A stretch of DNA of 47,020 bases, taken from contig LT642167.1 of NCBI GenBank assembly GCA_900128585.1, positions 1 to 47,020 of the forward strand, written 5' to 3'. Each line of letters begins with the position of its first letter. The first letter of the stretch is position 1. The notes below the pieces were generated by a model that saw only the letters and a list, made by a program, of their open reading frames with translations, did not search any database and was not told the DNA's origin. The position numbers were made by a program, and so were the translations under genes. This document shows positions 11,142 through 22,129 of the stretch, piece by piece. The DNA is from Stramenopiles sp. TOSAG23-3. Taxonomy: Eukaryota.

Positions 11142-12650
11142 ATGAGCACAACTCCTTCTGCAGAGTCGAAAGCGCGGGATGCAAAAGTTCAGGCATTGAT
11201 CGGGAACCAGTCCGGTACTACAATAAACGAAGACTTGTTAGAGTTTCCTGGCATAGTAAAAAATGCAGCGGGGGTATTTAAAGGCAATGATGACTTTGAT
11301 GATACTTCGGCACACTTAGAATGTGTCAAAGCTACGTTTGAAAGCTTGAAAAATAGTTTCTTGGAAGTGAAAGCAGTTGGTGGATTCGTTAGTCTCTTGG
11401 AAAAGCCCAACCCATTCGCAAACGTGAACAAGGAGAACGGTGGAGTAAAATCTTACGAGGAAGAGGTTGCAAACGTTCAAAAAGAGCTCCTGGGCTCGCA
11501 GTCAAAAACAAACAAAGAAAAGTCAACGCTCAGAGGAGTAATCCAGGAAGTGCAGCACGTTTACCAAGCCACCAAACGAAAGTTCGCAGAGACCGAGAAG
11601 CTTCTGAAAGAGGTCAACGCCAAGCGCAGCAGGGTCACGGCCAACACCGACGTTCTGCAGGAAAAGTTTTCGGACGAAAACATAAAGACTGTGGACGGAT
11701 GCAAAGATGCTCTGGAAACACAGACCAAAACAATGAAAACTTTGGGAGAAAAGGAAGTGTCCATGCAGAAGCAATTGGCGCAGCTGGAGAATGAAATGGC
11801 TCCGATTAAGGCAGAGATCGAAACTTTGATGGCCTTGGCCGAGGAAGATAAAGACGACGACGAGGAGATCAAAGAGTTGGCGCAGTCAATAGATTCTTTG
11901 GAAGAGATGAAGACATGGTACCTTCAGGTGAACGGTCTTATTCAGAGCATTGAGGGTGTGATGCTAGATGTCGACGAAGAAGACATGCTGAAAAAGGATG
12001 CATGGAAGCAGGCCTTTGAGGGGGGGAACAAGATAAAGTTGCGTTTGGACGATGACAAAGACAAACATATTTTGATCATCATGTTCGAGAACGGCACTTT
12101 AAAGTTGAAAAATGCTGAGATTCACCCCGCAGATATTCCTGTAGAAGACATTTTACTTGCATCAAAAAGCTTGAGCGATAAGGGAGATTTGGCCATGTTA
12201 ATTCGTGAAGTACGTGTTCGATTACGTGCCAAACGCGATAGAATGAAAGAAGTTGAGGACCTGAAAAGGTCCTATCCCGCGGTGAGGCTTCAGTACAAAG
12301 GGTCCAAGGAGTCGCCTATGTTAAGTCACACCCTGAAGGCTCATGTCACCATCAGCGCGGGCATTGTGGTGGTGTTGGAAATGGATCCAGACTACCCACA
12401 ACCGTACGCCTCACCTTATCTCGTGGAATTAGTTGGGGTGATGGGATGGAGCGACGAAGCGATGGATAAAATGACGGAGGAGGTACGGGGCAGGAAGTTG
12501 AGACGCGTTCTACAGATTGTAAAACTCGTAGAAGAATTAGCGAGTGAAAGTTCAGACGTGATAGGGCCAGACGCGGTTTCAGAAAACATGGCACAATCAC
12601 ATATGCACGCAAGCACAGATGTAGATGAGGATGGACCGGCTATTTTGTAG
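11142..12650 (+). CDS. Coiled-coil protein with C-terminal tandem RWD-like region; probable Zwint-1/Knl1-family kinetochore protein
   Basis: A long coiled coil is followed by HILIIMFENGTLKLKNAEIHPADIPVEDIL...LAMLIREVR and EMDPDYPQPYASPYLVEL (YP-x-P RWD-like motif). From recall this resembles plant Zwint-1-like proteins; not checked by search. Confidence 0.6.
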   Translation: MSTTPSAESKARDAKVQALIGNQSGTTINEDLLEFPGIVKNAAGVFKGNDDFDDTSAHLECVKATFESLKNSFLEVKAVGGFVSLLEKPNPFANVNKENGGVKSYEEEVANVQKELLGSQSKTNKEKSTLRGVIQEVQHVYQATKRKFAETEKLLKEVNAKRSRVTANTDVLQEKFSDENIKTVDGCKDALETQTKTMKTLGEKEVSMQKQLAQLENEMAPIKAEIETLMALAEEDKDDDEEIKELAQSIDSLEEMKTWYLQVNGLIQSIEGVMLDVDEEDMLKKDAWKQAFEGGNKIKLRLDDDKDKHILIIMFENGTLKLKNAEIHPADIPVEDILLASKSLSDKGDLAMLIREVRVRLRAKRDRMKEVEDLKRSYPAVRLQYKGSKESPMLSHTLKAHVTISAGIVVVLEMDPDYPQPYASPYLVELVGVMGWSDEAMDKMTEEVRGRKLRRVLQIVKLVEELASESSDVIGPDAVSENMAQSHMHASTDVDEDGPAIL

Positions 12651-12926
12651 CTTTAAGGCAATCGTTCTCTGTTACGTTCATCTCATGTACATATAAATTA
12701 TTACAAATGCCGTTCCGTAATGATTGCGGGGGTGGTATGATTAAAAATCTTCCCCCCTTTTTAAGGTTCCAAGTAATGCCGTGCCGTGGTCAAAAGACCG
12801 TTCTGAAAAAAAGTTAAACACAGAGATAACTCTATAAAAATACTTCGTAAGTAATAAAAATTAATTCTTAAAAATTGTGCACCTTTCATCAACATATCTG
12901 CATGTTTCTCTCCAGTCCACCGTTCA

Positions 12927-15900
12927 CTAAATTTTCCAGCTCAAGTACACCCAGAAAAAGAACAGCCCCAAAGCGAGGGTAGGAAAGACGGCATACTGCA
13001 GGGCACCGGCAGGTAAGACATGGTGTTCAAACTCTTCAAAATTATTGAATGGTCGGTTAAATATTTTCTCTGTGCACTGGCGCAACCGGAGCACCGCCAG
13101 CCCAACGAGCGAAGGAATTTGTTCGTAACCCCCAAGCTCAACACTTCGACGAAAATGTTCCTCTGCTTTCGAATCATTTCTTGAGAAGCGTCCATGGACG
13201 GAAAGATCAGTTATCAAGTAGGCGAACCCCACGCGGAAGAGCCCCTCTTGACTATTTTTTGAAGCAGCATATTCAAAATATTCCATTGCTCTCTCTACGC
13301 CATCTTTTCCTGACAGTTCGTACGCTGAGCCAAGAAGCAGAATATCGTCCACGTTCCCCTCCATTGCCGCCTGACTCGCGCGGTAAAGCGCAAACAGCTC
13401 TCGTTTCCATTCCTCTGTAGTATTACTAGCATTTGAAATCAGTGAAGTTAAATTTTTTATGCCACCAACATTTAGCATATTCCGTTTCCCACGCTGGATC
13501 CACGCCACATTGCTTATTGCATCCACCATGCCCATCGTAGCCGCCTCTTCATACAAAAGTTCAGCATTTCTAAAATCACCTTCGTTCCACAGTTTTAGTG
13601 CTTCTTTGGTAACATTTTGGGCTACGCCTAGTTCTGCCAGAGGCCGCAAAAATTTTATGGCCATTGAGCTAGAGCGATTCAGCGGGTACGTAGAGTTCTT
13701 GATCAGTTTCGGTGTTTTTTGGACCATGGATAAAACAATGCGATCATCGTAAACATAGCCAGTCATGTTTACATTACCATCCTTGCCAGCCCAAGAGTCC
13801 ATTGCCAGTATTTTACTAGGCTTTGCGGTGTACCGGTTTTGTCCCATTTCCTCTTGTACTGCGAAAGTAATCCAACTGCGGCGGTGAAGGTAAGCTTCTC
13901 CAAGTTGAAACATGGCTCGATGGTGCCCTAAATGTGATGCGATTAGAAAGTGCAACACTGCCATCCTGTAATTCTGTTTTAGACCTTTGCCATCTTTATA
14001 CAATGAGCCTAAATTGAAATGACCGTCGGGACTTAGAGTCGCAGCAGGAGAAAATTCTTTCTCTGCTGCGATCTGAAAGTACCGGTGAGCATCTACTGGA
14101 TCCGCTGGGCGCCCATCTTGACCATTGTAGCGCATAACAGCATAATTGTACGCTCCTTCAGCATTTCCTACTTCTGCAGCTGCTCTAAAAGCCTCCGCAG
14201 CCCTTGGTCTGTCTTGTGGAAACCCATTAAGCCCATGATAGTACCGCCCAGCGATCCACATTTTCGCGTTTAAATCGCCCTGTTCAGCTCGATCTTTCTG
14301 AAAGACTGCTACATCACTATCGTCTCCGTCATGCTGTTTTAAGAGTTCCTTTGACGCTTTCGACAAGTATATTCGCTCAGCCGGTTTTGGATGCTTTTGT
14401 TTCTTTTCCGGACCGACAACCTCCAAAGCGGCATCATAGTATATCGCCGCAGAAATGTCTTCGTCCGGACTGAATGAAAACTGCTCTTGATGTTGTCGTT
14501 CAGCTAACGGGTTCCTCAGACCTTCATCCCTCTTCGCAGTGACAACGCTGCCGTCTGGCCCACCAACATTTTGCCTTTCCAGCATGGGCCATGAATTACC
14601 CCTCAAAAAATTGTAAGCAAGCGTATGGCGCGACTTTTCGAACGACAATTTCTCGTAATTATAATTCTTCCGGTTCATTTTTGGCAAGTGCATGAAGTGC
14701 AACATCCATACCATGTGAGCCATCTTGCTGTCCCGAATACCGCTCCCAATTCGTTTCAACGCCAACGATTCATTACTTGTTGTCCAGTGGATGAGGCCTC
14801 CTCCGCCACTTCTCGATTTCTTCACTACGTTAGCGTTGGACTCGCTCACACCGGCCTGGGCCCCATTAGCCTCAATTGTAACTTCTGCACTAATGGCATT
14901 GAAGACGGCAGGAGCCTTGGCGATGTCGTCCGATCCACAACGGCCCCAAACGTCTATCAACGATACGGCTGTAAATGGTCCTTTGCGATCGATCCTCAAT
15001 TTGATTTTTTGCAATTTGGAGGGATGGGACATGGGCCACCCTTCCAACGTATCAATGCGGCCCTGAAGTGCCGAAGACGCTACACTGGAAATTTCTTCGA
15101 AATAATCGCCTGTCAGGCTTGAAGCAAAGATCGTAAAACCATCTGGGGCAAGTTTCCAATGCAAGCGTATAAAGTTAACTCCACTTTCGCATGGCGTCTT
15201 TGGAGAAATGGTAATTTCAGGATAGTTATCGTTGACACCACTTTTCCATAAAGTGTCCGGGTTCCCATCAACCGCGAATCTGCCTCTGTTGGTAGGGTTC
15301 CAGAACGACGATTCTTCCACTTCCGCACCGTGGAAGAAATTTTTATCCCCATGACTTTGACTTGATTCTACAGCTGCCGCCGGTTGTGATATTTCAGTCG
15401 CTCGGTTTGCACTCTTAATTGGCAACGGCAGCGGACCCGGTCCTTCTGCATTTAGAATATCTTGCACGTCAGGAAAACTCGGGGGGCATAGAAGTGGGAC
15501 GCACACCTTGACATGATACACGCACGTGCGCGTTTCTACCACTTGCTTTATTAGGGGTGCACCTACCGAAAATTCACTGCAGCACACGAAGCTTACATCC
15601 GCCATTCTGGGAGCATTCGAAGGCGAGCAATCATCCCCATTTCTGTAACGATGTGCTATGACGGACGACTGGAACTTTAGCCCCTTTACTGTGGAGGCGC
15701 ATTTTCTTCCCATGCCTGCTTGGGCGCGGCTGTCATAGAGACAACCTACCATGGCTTTGGCACTTTCAAACGAAATATGTGGGCAAAATATTTGCCTCTC
15801 TGGATTGCACTTTTTGTGTAGAAGGGACGGGTCCACCAAAAACACTGGTTCCCCAGCACTTTCAAACACGCCTATGGTATTGTTGACCAAAACTTCATTG

Positions 15901-17270
15901 GGATTCTGAGGAGCGTGACTTTGTGACACTCCGCTTTTGTGGCACAATTGGTAATCCCACCAGCCCAGCCGTGTCATGATACATGGGCGACTTTTGAACG
16001 CCTCATCTAGCAATTCTCTCTCTGACAATTTGTTCCAACTTTTTAGCGCATCTTCCATTCGCGTCCTTGACTTCTGCACGGCAAGAATACCCATGCCTAG
16101 TGCGCGTTGTCTCCAATCGCCACCTGCCATTTTTTCGGACGGCGGGGCAGCTACAAGAGCCTGGCCGAACTTGAACATTGACGCCGAGGCAGACTCGTCC
16201 TCCTCGGGAGGGGGAGCCCCTTGCGTAGTTGAGAGGGCCTTTTCGTCGCTTAATTTATTTAACGGATCGTCCCCTAAGCTCGCCTGTACCACTTTTACGA
16301 GCCATTTTGGGATCGGCGCCGGGGCACTTCGAGCAATGTTTAATTTTATCTGTTGGTGAAGCAACGCGACCCCATCCCAAGCTCTGGCGTGACTGATCAA
16401 GCCGGTGATACCTTTCGCACTCTCTACCTTCCCGAATGTCAGTACCCGGCGTGCCGGATCGATCGCTCCCTGCCCGCCGGCTTGACCCTGCAGATTAAAT
16501 TCTGTTGTGTTTAGCTCTCCTACTGCATGGTTATCAATAAGGAGGGATAGGATCTCCCCAGTGTACACCAAGGCTACGTGGTGCCATTTGCGCGGTCGCA
16601 TTACGTTCGACATAGTGACGCCTTTTATGTCTAAATTCACCTTGGCCCCCGCCATCGTTCCCTTTCGTTCGGTGGTACAGAGGCCCAAAAACAAACTAAT
16701 CTTACCAGGATCGCTAGGAAGTGCATACAAAATTGGCGACAACGACTCACGCTGCAAAGGTATCGCTTGAAGGAGAGAGAGATGTGGACTGCCCATCTGC
16801 GGACCGTCCCATAACCAAACAAAAAAAACAATCGTCCCTGGAATACCAAAATTCAAAGGCGACTGGGCTTGTATACGAAAATCCCTATTGGAGGGAACGG
16901 TCTGGGAAAGCAAAGGATACCCTTCGGTGGTTTGGTCAGAATATACAATTCGCGTACCGTTTTTAAATTTGCGCAGGGTTGCATCGTCAACTCGTAGGAT
17001 ATGCATGGCCTTTTCTGGGAATTTTTGTAGAACAATTTTCCAAGCCGGTACAGGTCGTTTCACTCCTGACGTCTGAATGTACCAGACGTTGTGCCTGTCA
17101 TCCTCTACCAGTTCTCCTGGCTGCGGGTGTTTGTTGTAAACATTTTTAAAGTACCCCAGACGCCCGAGGTGGGAAGCCCGACTCGGAAAAATAAAAAAAG
17201 AAAGGAACACCAAAAGCTCCAAAACATAGTTTGCGGCACTACGTTTGGGGCGCTGTCGCCGATTCATCAT
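12927..17270 (-). CDS. ER type-I membrane protein: signal peptide + LamG/ConA-like + OS-9-type MRH + F5/8C-like + SEL1L/Hrd3 repeats + C-terminal TM
   Basis: Hydrophobic N-terminus. WHHVALVY...GLISHARAWD (LamG). GWWDYQLC...Q...NGDDC...R...E..CVY (MRH). FAVDGNPDTLWKS (discoidin-like). SEL1 repeats with Hrd3-like ERIYL...DGDD, GHFNLGSLYKDGKG, AMFQLG, ISNVAWI. Terminal TM segment. Confidence 0.85.
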   Translation of the reverse strand: MMNRRQRPKRSAANYVLELLVFLSFFIFPSRASHLGRLGYFKNVYNKHPQPGELVEDDRHNVWYIQTSGVKRPVPAWKIVLQKFPEKAMHILRVDDATLRKFKNGTRIVYSDQTTEGYPLLSQTVPSNRDFRIQAQSPLNFGIPGTIVFFVWLWDGPQMGSPHLSLLQAIPLQRESLSPILYALPSDPGKISLFLGLCTTERKGTMAGAKVNLDIKGVTMSNVMRPRKWHHVALVYTGEILSLLIDNHAVGELNTTEFNLQGQAGGQGAIDPARRVLTFGKVESAKGITGLISHARAWDGVALLHQQIKLNIARSAPAPIPKWLVKVVQASLGDDPLNKLSDEKALSTTQGAPPPEEDESASASMFKFGQALVAAPPSEKMAGGDWRQRALGMGILAVQKSRTRMEDALKSWNKLSERELLDEAFKSRPCIMTRLGWWDYQLCHKSGVSQSHAPQNPNEVLVNNTIGVFESAGEPVFLVDPSLLHKKCNPERQIFCPHISFESAKAMVGCLYDSRAQAGMGRKCASTVKGLKFQSSVIAHRYRNGDDCSPSNAPRMADVSFVCCSEFSVGAPLIKQVVETRTCVYHVKVCVPLLCPPSFPDVQDILNAEGPGPLPLPIKSANRATEISQPAAAVESSQSHGDKNFFHGAEVEESSFWNPTNRGRFAVDGNPDTLWKSGVNDNYPEITISPKTPCESGVNFIRLHWKLAPDGFTIFASSLTGDYFEEISSVASSALQGRIDTLEGWPMSHPSKLQKIKLRIDRKGPFTAVSLIDVWGRCGSDDIAKAPAVFNAISAEVTIEANGAQAGVSESNANVVKKSRSGGGGLIHWTTSNESLALKRIGSGIRDSKMAHMVWMLHFMHLPKMNRKNYNYEKLSFEKSRHTLAYNFLRGNSWPMLERQNVGGPDGSVVTAKRDEGLRNPLAERQHQEQFSFSPDEDISAAIYYDAALEVVGPEKKQKHPKPAERIYLSKASKELLKQHDGDDSDVAVFQKDRAEQGDLNAKMWIAGRYYHGLNGFPQDRPRAAEAFRAAAEVGNAEGAYNYAVMRYNGQDGRPADPVDAHRYFQIAAEKEFSPAATLSPDGHFNLGSLYKDGKGLKQNYRMAVLHFLIASHLGHHRAMFQLGEAYLHRRSWITFAVQEEMGQNRYTAKPSKILAMDSWAGKDGNVNMTGYVYDDRIVLSMVQKTPKLIKNSTYPLNRSSSMAIKFLRPLAELGVAQNVTKEALKLWNEGDFRNAELLYEEAATMGMVDAISNVAWIQRGKRNMLNVGGIKNLTSLISNASNTTEEWKRELFALYRASQAAMEGNVDDILLLGSAYELSGKDGVERAMEYFEYAASKNSQEGLFRVGFAYLITDLSVHGRFSRNDSKAEEHFRRSVELGGYEQIPSLVGLAVLRLRQCTEKIFNRPFNNFEEFEHHVLPAGALQYAVFPTLALGLFFFWVYLSWKI

Positions 17271-17630
17271 ACCTCTTCTATGAAGAGAAAGTGTATTGGG
17301 CGTATAGTTAAACTACGCACGAGGTAAGTAAGGCCCTCCTTGTTCAGACCGTGCAAAAGGGTACCCTCACCAAACTGTTTGGAACACAAACAACTTGTTA
17401 CTTTTCTTCTTCTTAGTCATCAACTTCGCAATCATAATCCATCCATCCCCATCGATCATGTGTACATAATACATAATATATATTATAGTTATTATTATTA
17501 TCGAAATTATTTATTCTTCAACAAACAATCAACAAAACAATCCATCATTTCAGGTATTGAATTAGTCTAACTCGTACTGTAGTATGTGTAATAAATAAAT
17601 AATATTATTTTTTTTTGTGAAAAAATTCGT

Positions 17631-17841
17631 CTTCTTCTTCTTCTTCTTCTTCTTCTTCTTCTTCTTCTTCTTCTTCTTCTTCTTCTTCTTCTTCTTCTTC
17701 TTCTNNNNNNNNNNNNNNNNNNNNNNNNNNNNNNNNNNNNNNNNNNNNNNNNNNNNNNNNNNNNCTTCTTCTTCTTCTTCTTCTTCTTCTTCTTCTTCTT
17801 CTTCTTCTTCTTCTTCTTCTTCTTCTTCTTCTTTCTTCTTC
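17631..17841. repeat. (CTT)n microsatellite spanning a 60-N assembly gap (17705-17764)
   Basis: Pure CTT repeats on both sides of the N run. Confidence 0.98.
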
Positions 17842-18329
17842 TAATAATACTATTTTATTAAAAAAAAAAAAGGAATCTCCTTCCTCCTCCCCCCTTTATT
17901 ATTTTATTATAAATTTCTCTTCTTCTTCTTTTCCCTTATTCTCTCCCTTATTATCGAATTTCCGGGTGGTGTACAGTACGTACAGTAGCTGGTATTCTTC
18001 CAATCAGAACGTTTTGTTTTTTAAATTAAAAAATCAACCTGCTACTCGTGTACCGTTGAAAAATAGAATAAATATAATATATATAATACACACAGTAGTA
18101 TACGAAGTGTCATATTTTTTATAATTATTTGAACAAAAGATAGTAATGTTTCATTGGTGAGTATTAACAAAAAACATTAACATGAGCAAAGAAGTGAAAA
18201 CAAAAGCACAAATTTAGAACTAAGGGTATCTTCATTGACACGATAAAGAAGAAACGGTAAAAATTGTAGTTCGTTCGTGTTACTCTTGTGTTACTGAATT
18301 TCCATTACTTTGGTGTGACCATTTGGAAC

Positions 18330-21300
18330 ATGCTGATCTTCGTCCTGGCCTTGTTGATGCTTTCAGGCGGATGGTCTTCACCGCATGCAAACTTAGAAAT
18401 TCCCCCATTGCCAAAATTCGGCAAGGCGCTAGATGCGGCAAGCGCGAGTATTGATAATGCATGTTTCGTTGGGGCTTATAGAGTAGAAGTGGACCAGGCG
18501 AAGGGCGCTGAACAATGTAGTGGGTGGAAACAGTGCGAGTTGGGTTTCTACTGCTTGAACGGGGGAAAACACCCGTGCCCAGCGGGTCGATATGGATCAA
18601 CAACTGGCTTGAAGTCACCGGATTGCTCAGGACCCTGCCCACCAGGCCACTATTGCCCCCCTCAAACGACAAATGGGGAAGACTACTTGTGTGGAAACTC
18701 AGCGCATTACTGCCCTAGTGGCTCTGAGAGCCCAGCGAAAGTTCGAAGCGGGTTCTATTCCACTGGCAATGGCAATGATAGATTCAATTCGACGAGAACA
18801 GGGGAGTCACTGTGTGAGGCAGGTTCATACTGCGTTGGTGGAATAAAACAGCCCTGTCCAGCAGGGCGTTACGGCCTTCACACTGGCATGGGGTTGAACA
18901 GTTTTGATTACGTTCTTCAGGGGGATCGGAGCAACAGATGTGTGGCGGAAGGCAGCAGCATCATCACAACCGTGGAAGAATGCAGGAACGCGGCAGCGTT
19001 TTTGAAGATCAATTTTTTTTCTGACCCAGGAGGGTTCTCCAACAAATCAGTACCAAGTGGGTGCGTATACCGGGCCGGTTCTAACCAGTACAACCATAAG
19101 GTCTTGTTCAACACGCACCCTAACACTCACCTAAACATGGTAGAAGAGCATAACCCAAAGGCAACGGGGTGGGAGACCGTGTGCTCCCAGCGGATGCCAT
19201 GCTCTGGCATTTGCCACGCGGGATACTATTGCCCCGCAGGCAGCACGTCTCCCCGTCAGTACCAGTGCAACGGAATGACTAATGACGGCGCAGAGAAAGG
19301 GTTGAGGCAACCCGTCCAGTTTTGCCCTGAAGGATCGGGGATACCGCAAATACTGCAGGAGGGCGGGCACGCGCAGGAGGCGCAACCAAATGCACACTTT
19401 GCGTTACCACCGTCTGGTACAGTTACAAAATTGTCAATTAGAACTGGGGAAGAATTGTGCCTCGCAGGCCATTATTGCCTAGAGGGGTTGTCGTACAAGT
19501 GCCCTGCGGGAAGGTACGGGGTGCGGCGCGGAGAAACGAACCCTTTGTGCACTGGTCCATGCTTGGAAGGGTACTACTGCCCGGAAGGCAGCATAAGCGC
19601 AAAGGAGCGCAAGTGCATGGGCACAAACGAGTTTTGCCCACCTGCGTCCCGATCTCCGGCTGCTGTACGAAACGGATTTTTTACCATTAGTTCGTACAGC
19701 GACGAATTCATTGCACTTCAGCATGGAAAACTTGACAGCGATGTCCCGTCTACAATGACTCACGAGGCGCAGTGCGGCTCTGGGCGATATTGTATCGATG
19801 GAGTCGCGTTCAAATGTCCTGCGGGGCGGTACGGAAGTGAGGCAGGCCTCACCTCTAGCGAATGCACCGGCGCTTGCGAAGCGGGTTATTTTTGCCCCAT
19901 TGGGAGTGTGACAAAACGGCATTCAAACTGTTCATCGCCTGCAGTGTTTTGCCCAGAAGGGAGCGTTGAGCCGCTTCCCGTACACGAAGGTTACTACACC
20001 ATTGGAGGCGACGAGCAGCATCGATGGGACGAAGTACGGTGTGAACTAGGACACTGGTGTACTGGTGGTACGCGGAAGCCCTGCCCCTCCGGTCGCTACG
20101 GCGCTTCCGTGGGCTTGCACAGCGAAACTTGTACCGGAATCTGTGCGCCTGGATATTATTGCCCGCCTGCATCGTTCGAAGCCACTCAAAAACAATGCGG
20201 CGGCCCGCACCTTTACTGCCCGGAAGGCTCATCCACTCCCATCCCCGTTCTTTCAGGGTACCACACGGTAAGGGGCGGTCCGCCAGCCCTTTATACGGTA
20301 GAGCTAAGCGTTGACGACAGGGTGCCGTTTTCTTCATGCCGGAATGCCAGTAATTATTCAAGGTGCATAAACAGGTGGGACCCAGTTCGAAAGTTTAGAA
20401 TTGTAGAAGACCCAGACCCTAGCATGAACATTCGCTCCACTCAAATCCCCTGCTCCCCTGGCTACTTCTGCATCGCGGGCGTACGATTCATTTGCCCATC
20501 TGGGCGGTACGGGAGTCTGTATAATGAGACCCGGTCGGCATGCGAAGGCGTTGCTCGGGCCGGGCATTTCACGTCCCCCGGCAGTACCAGTGTGGGCACA
20601 ATCAACCGTATCCCTCCAGTGTATTCTGCCCTTCTGGAGACAATGATGTTACGTTCGTGGACAAGAAATCCCCCGCCAACACAGGATCATGGAAGTACGT
20701 GGAGGTCGATTTGCCCAACGGCCGTGTGAACCAGGGCATTACTGCGACAAGGGAATAAAAATACGTTGTCCCGCAGGGCGGTACGGAAAAACGTGGAAGC
20801 TAGACTCTATCGATTGCACGGGAGAGTGCGACGCAGGGTACTATTGCCCCCCAGGATCGAACAGCAGCACACAAAAGGAATGTGGAGACATCGAAGGGGC
20901 GAGGTCCCCGTGCTACGTTACCCCCACTGGGTTGGTAGAAAGTACTCGCCGGTCGGGCGAGCGCAGATGTGAGTATCCACACGCCGACGAGAACAAGCGC
21001 TGGCCTAAAATGATGGAAGACTACGGAAACGGGTGGAAAACTGTTCACCACTACGAGAACGAATGGCTTCAGGAAGGCCAACCGAGGCATTTTCATTTTC
21101 ATATTAGCCAACAGCACCGCTCTCGCACAAAATCAAGCGGGCTGCCCGCATCCGTATATTGCCCGAAAGGGTCATCGCTTCCCACGAACGTTCGCCCGGG
21201 GTACTACACGATCGGAGGAAACAATGCGACGAACAGAACAAGGGTCGAGGAGGTACCATGCAAGACGGGACACTTTTGTGAGCAAGGTATGATTTTTCAA

Positions 21301-21525
21301 TGCCCGCCCGGACGTTACGGTAGTGTCAAGGGTCTGACGGAAGAGCACTGCTCTGGATTTTGCCCACCTGGGCACAGGTGTGGATGGAACACTACAACTC
21401 CCGAGGAGTGCGCCCAAGGGTATTACTCGAGTGGTGGGTGGGCATACTGTATGAAGTGCCCAAGAAACCCGCGCACTGAGTCCGTTCAAACTTGCAAAAC
21501 CGGGCGTAAGTGCTGCAGCATGTGA
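18330..21525 (+). CDS. Secreted cysteine-rich repeat protein (GCC2/GCC3, ephrin-receptor-like repeats) with two apparent -1 frameshifts near 20585 and 20650-20710
   Basis: Signal peptide MLIFVLALLMLSGGWS from the ATG at 18330. Recurring CPAGRYG..C.G.C.AGYYCP.GS...CG...FCP.GS units continue across track ORFs 18288-20729, 20540-20758 and 20689-21525. Confidence 0.8.
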
Positions 21526-21587
21526 CGCGTGCTTGAAATTACGAAAGTATTAATTTCTTATGATATTAGAAACAAAAAACCGGTTGC

Positions 21588-21620
21588 TTTAAAAAAAAAA
21601 TTAGCCCCGTTATTTAAGTA
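21588..21620 (+). repeat. Dispersed 3'-flank element, degenerate copy B
   Basis: TTTAAAAAAAAAATTAGCCCCGTTATTTAAGTA, ~63 nt after the stop at 21525. Confidence 0.55.
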
Positions 21621-21776
21621 CTTTTGTGGTTAAAATTCTTACAAACAAAATAAACTTATGCGTAATTACATTGCGAATAAATTTTAAGTTTAAACTCAGC
21701 ATCGCCTCGACCCTAGTAGTGCCACCCTCGGATGAAGACACAGGGAATCAGAGCATTGCCAGCAGGACGAGACTCC

Positions 21777-21815
21777 AACTGGCACGCCAACTGGCACGCC
21801 GACTGGCACGCCAAC
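21777..21815 (+). repeat. 12-bp tandem repeat (ACTGGCACGCC[A/G]) x3
   Basis: Directly visible tandem copies. Confidence 0.9.
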
Positions 21816-22129
21816 GAACCACATCCACCGCACTGCTGATCGAAAATGACACAAACGACCCTCCCCCGACATCCCACCCCACAGATGACAATCCCTTGAA
21901 TGATTTACAAGGCAGACAACGAGCACCTCTAAAACAATTACGCCGCTGCTGTGAAAATCACACAAGGAATGAGTCACCTATGAACGAGACACTGGACGAG
22001 GAAGTTGATTATGGGTCATTTGGAAGCACTGCTTATCCATCTACCGATTCAGGCCATGAATGGTGAGAACGATAGTCAATACTAAGTGACAAGGGCATAT
22101 TGATTAGTAAATCCAAAAGGGCAAAGACA

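Noticed and set aside
12848-12866. Possible partial copy of the 3'-flank element after the Zwint-like gene
   Set aside because: Only an AT-rich low-complexity match that lacks the diagnostic GGCTGTTA core.
17617-17844. Poly-F/poly-S ORF
   Set aside because: It is the (CTT)n microsatellite plus the N gap.
21511-21525. C-terminal CCSM resembling a CaaX prenylation motif
   Set aside because: The protein has a signal peptide and is disulfide-rich, so these Cys are more likely structural.
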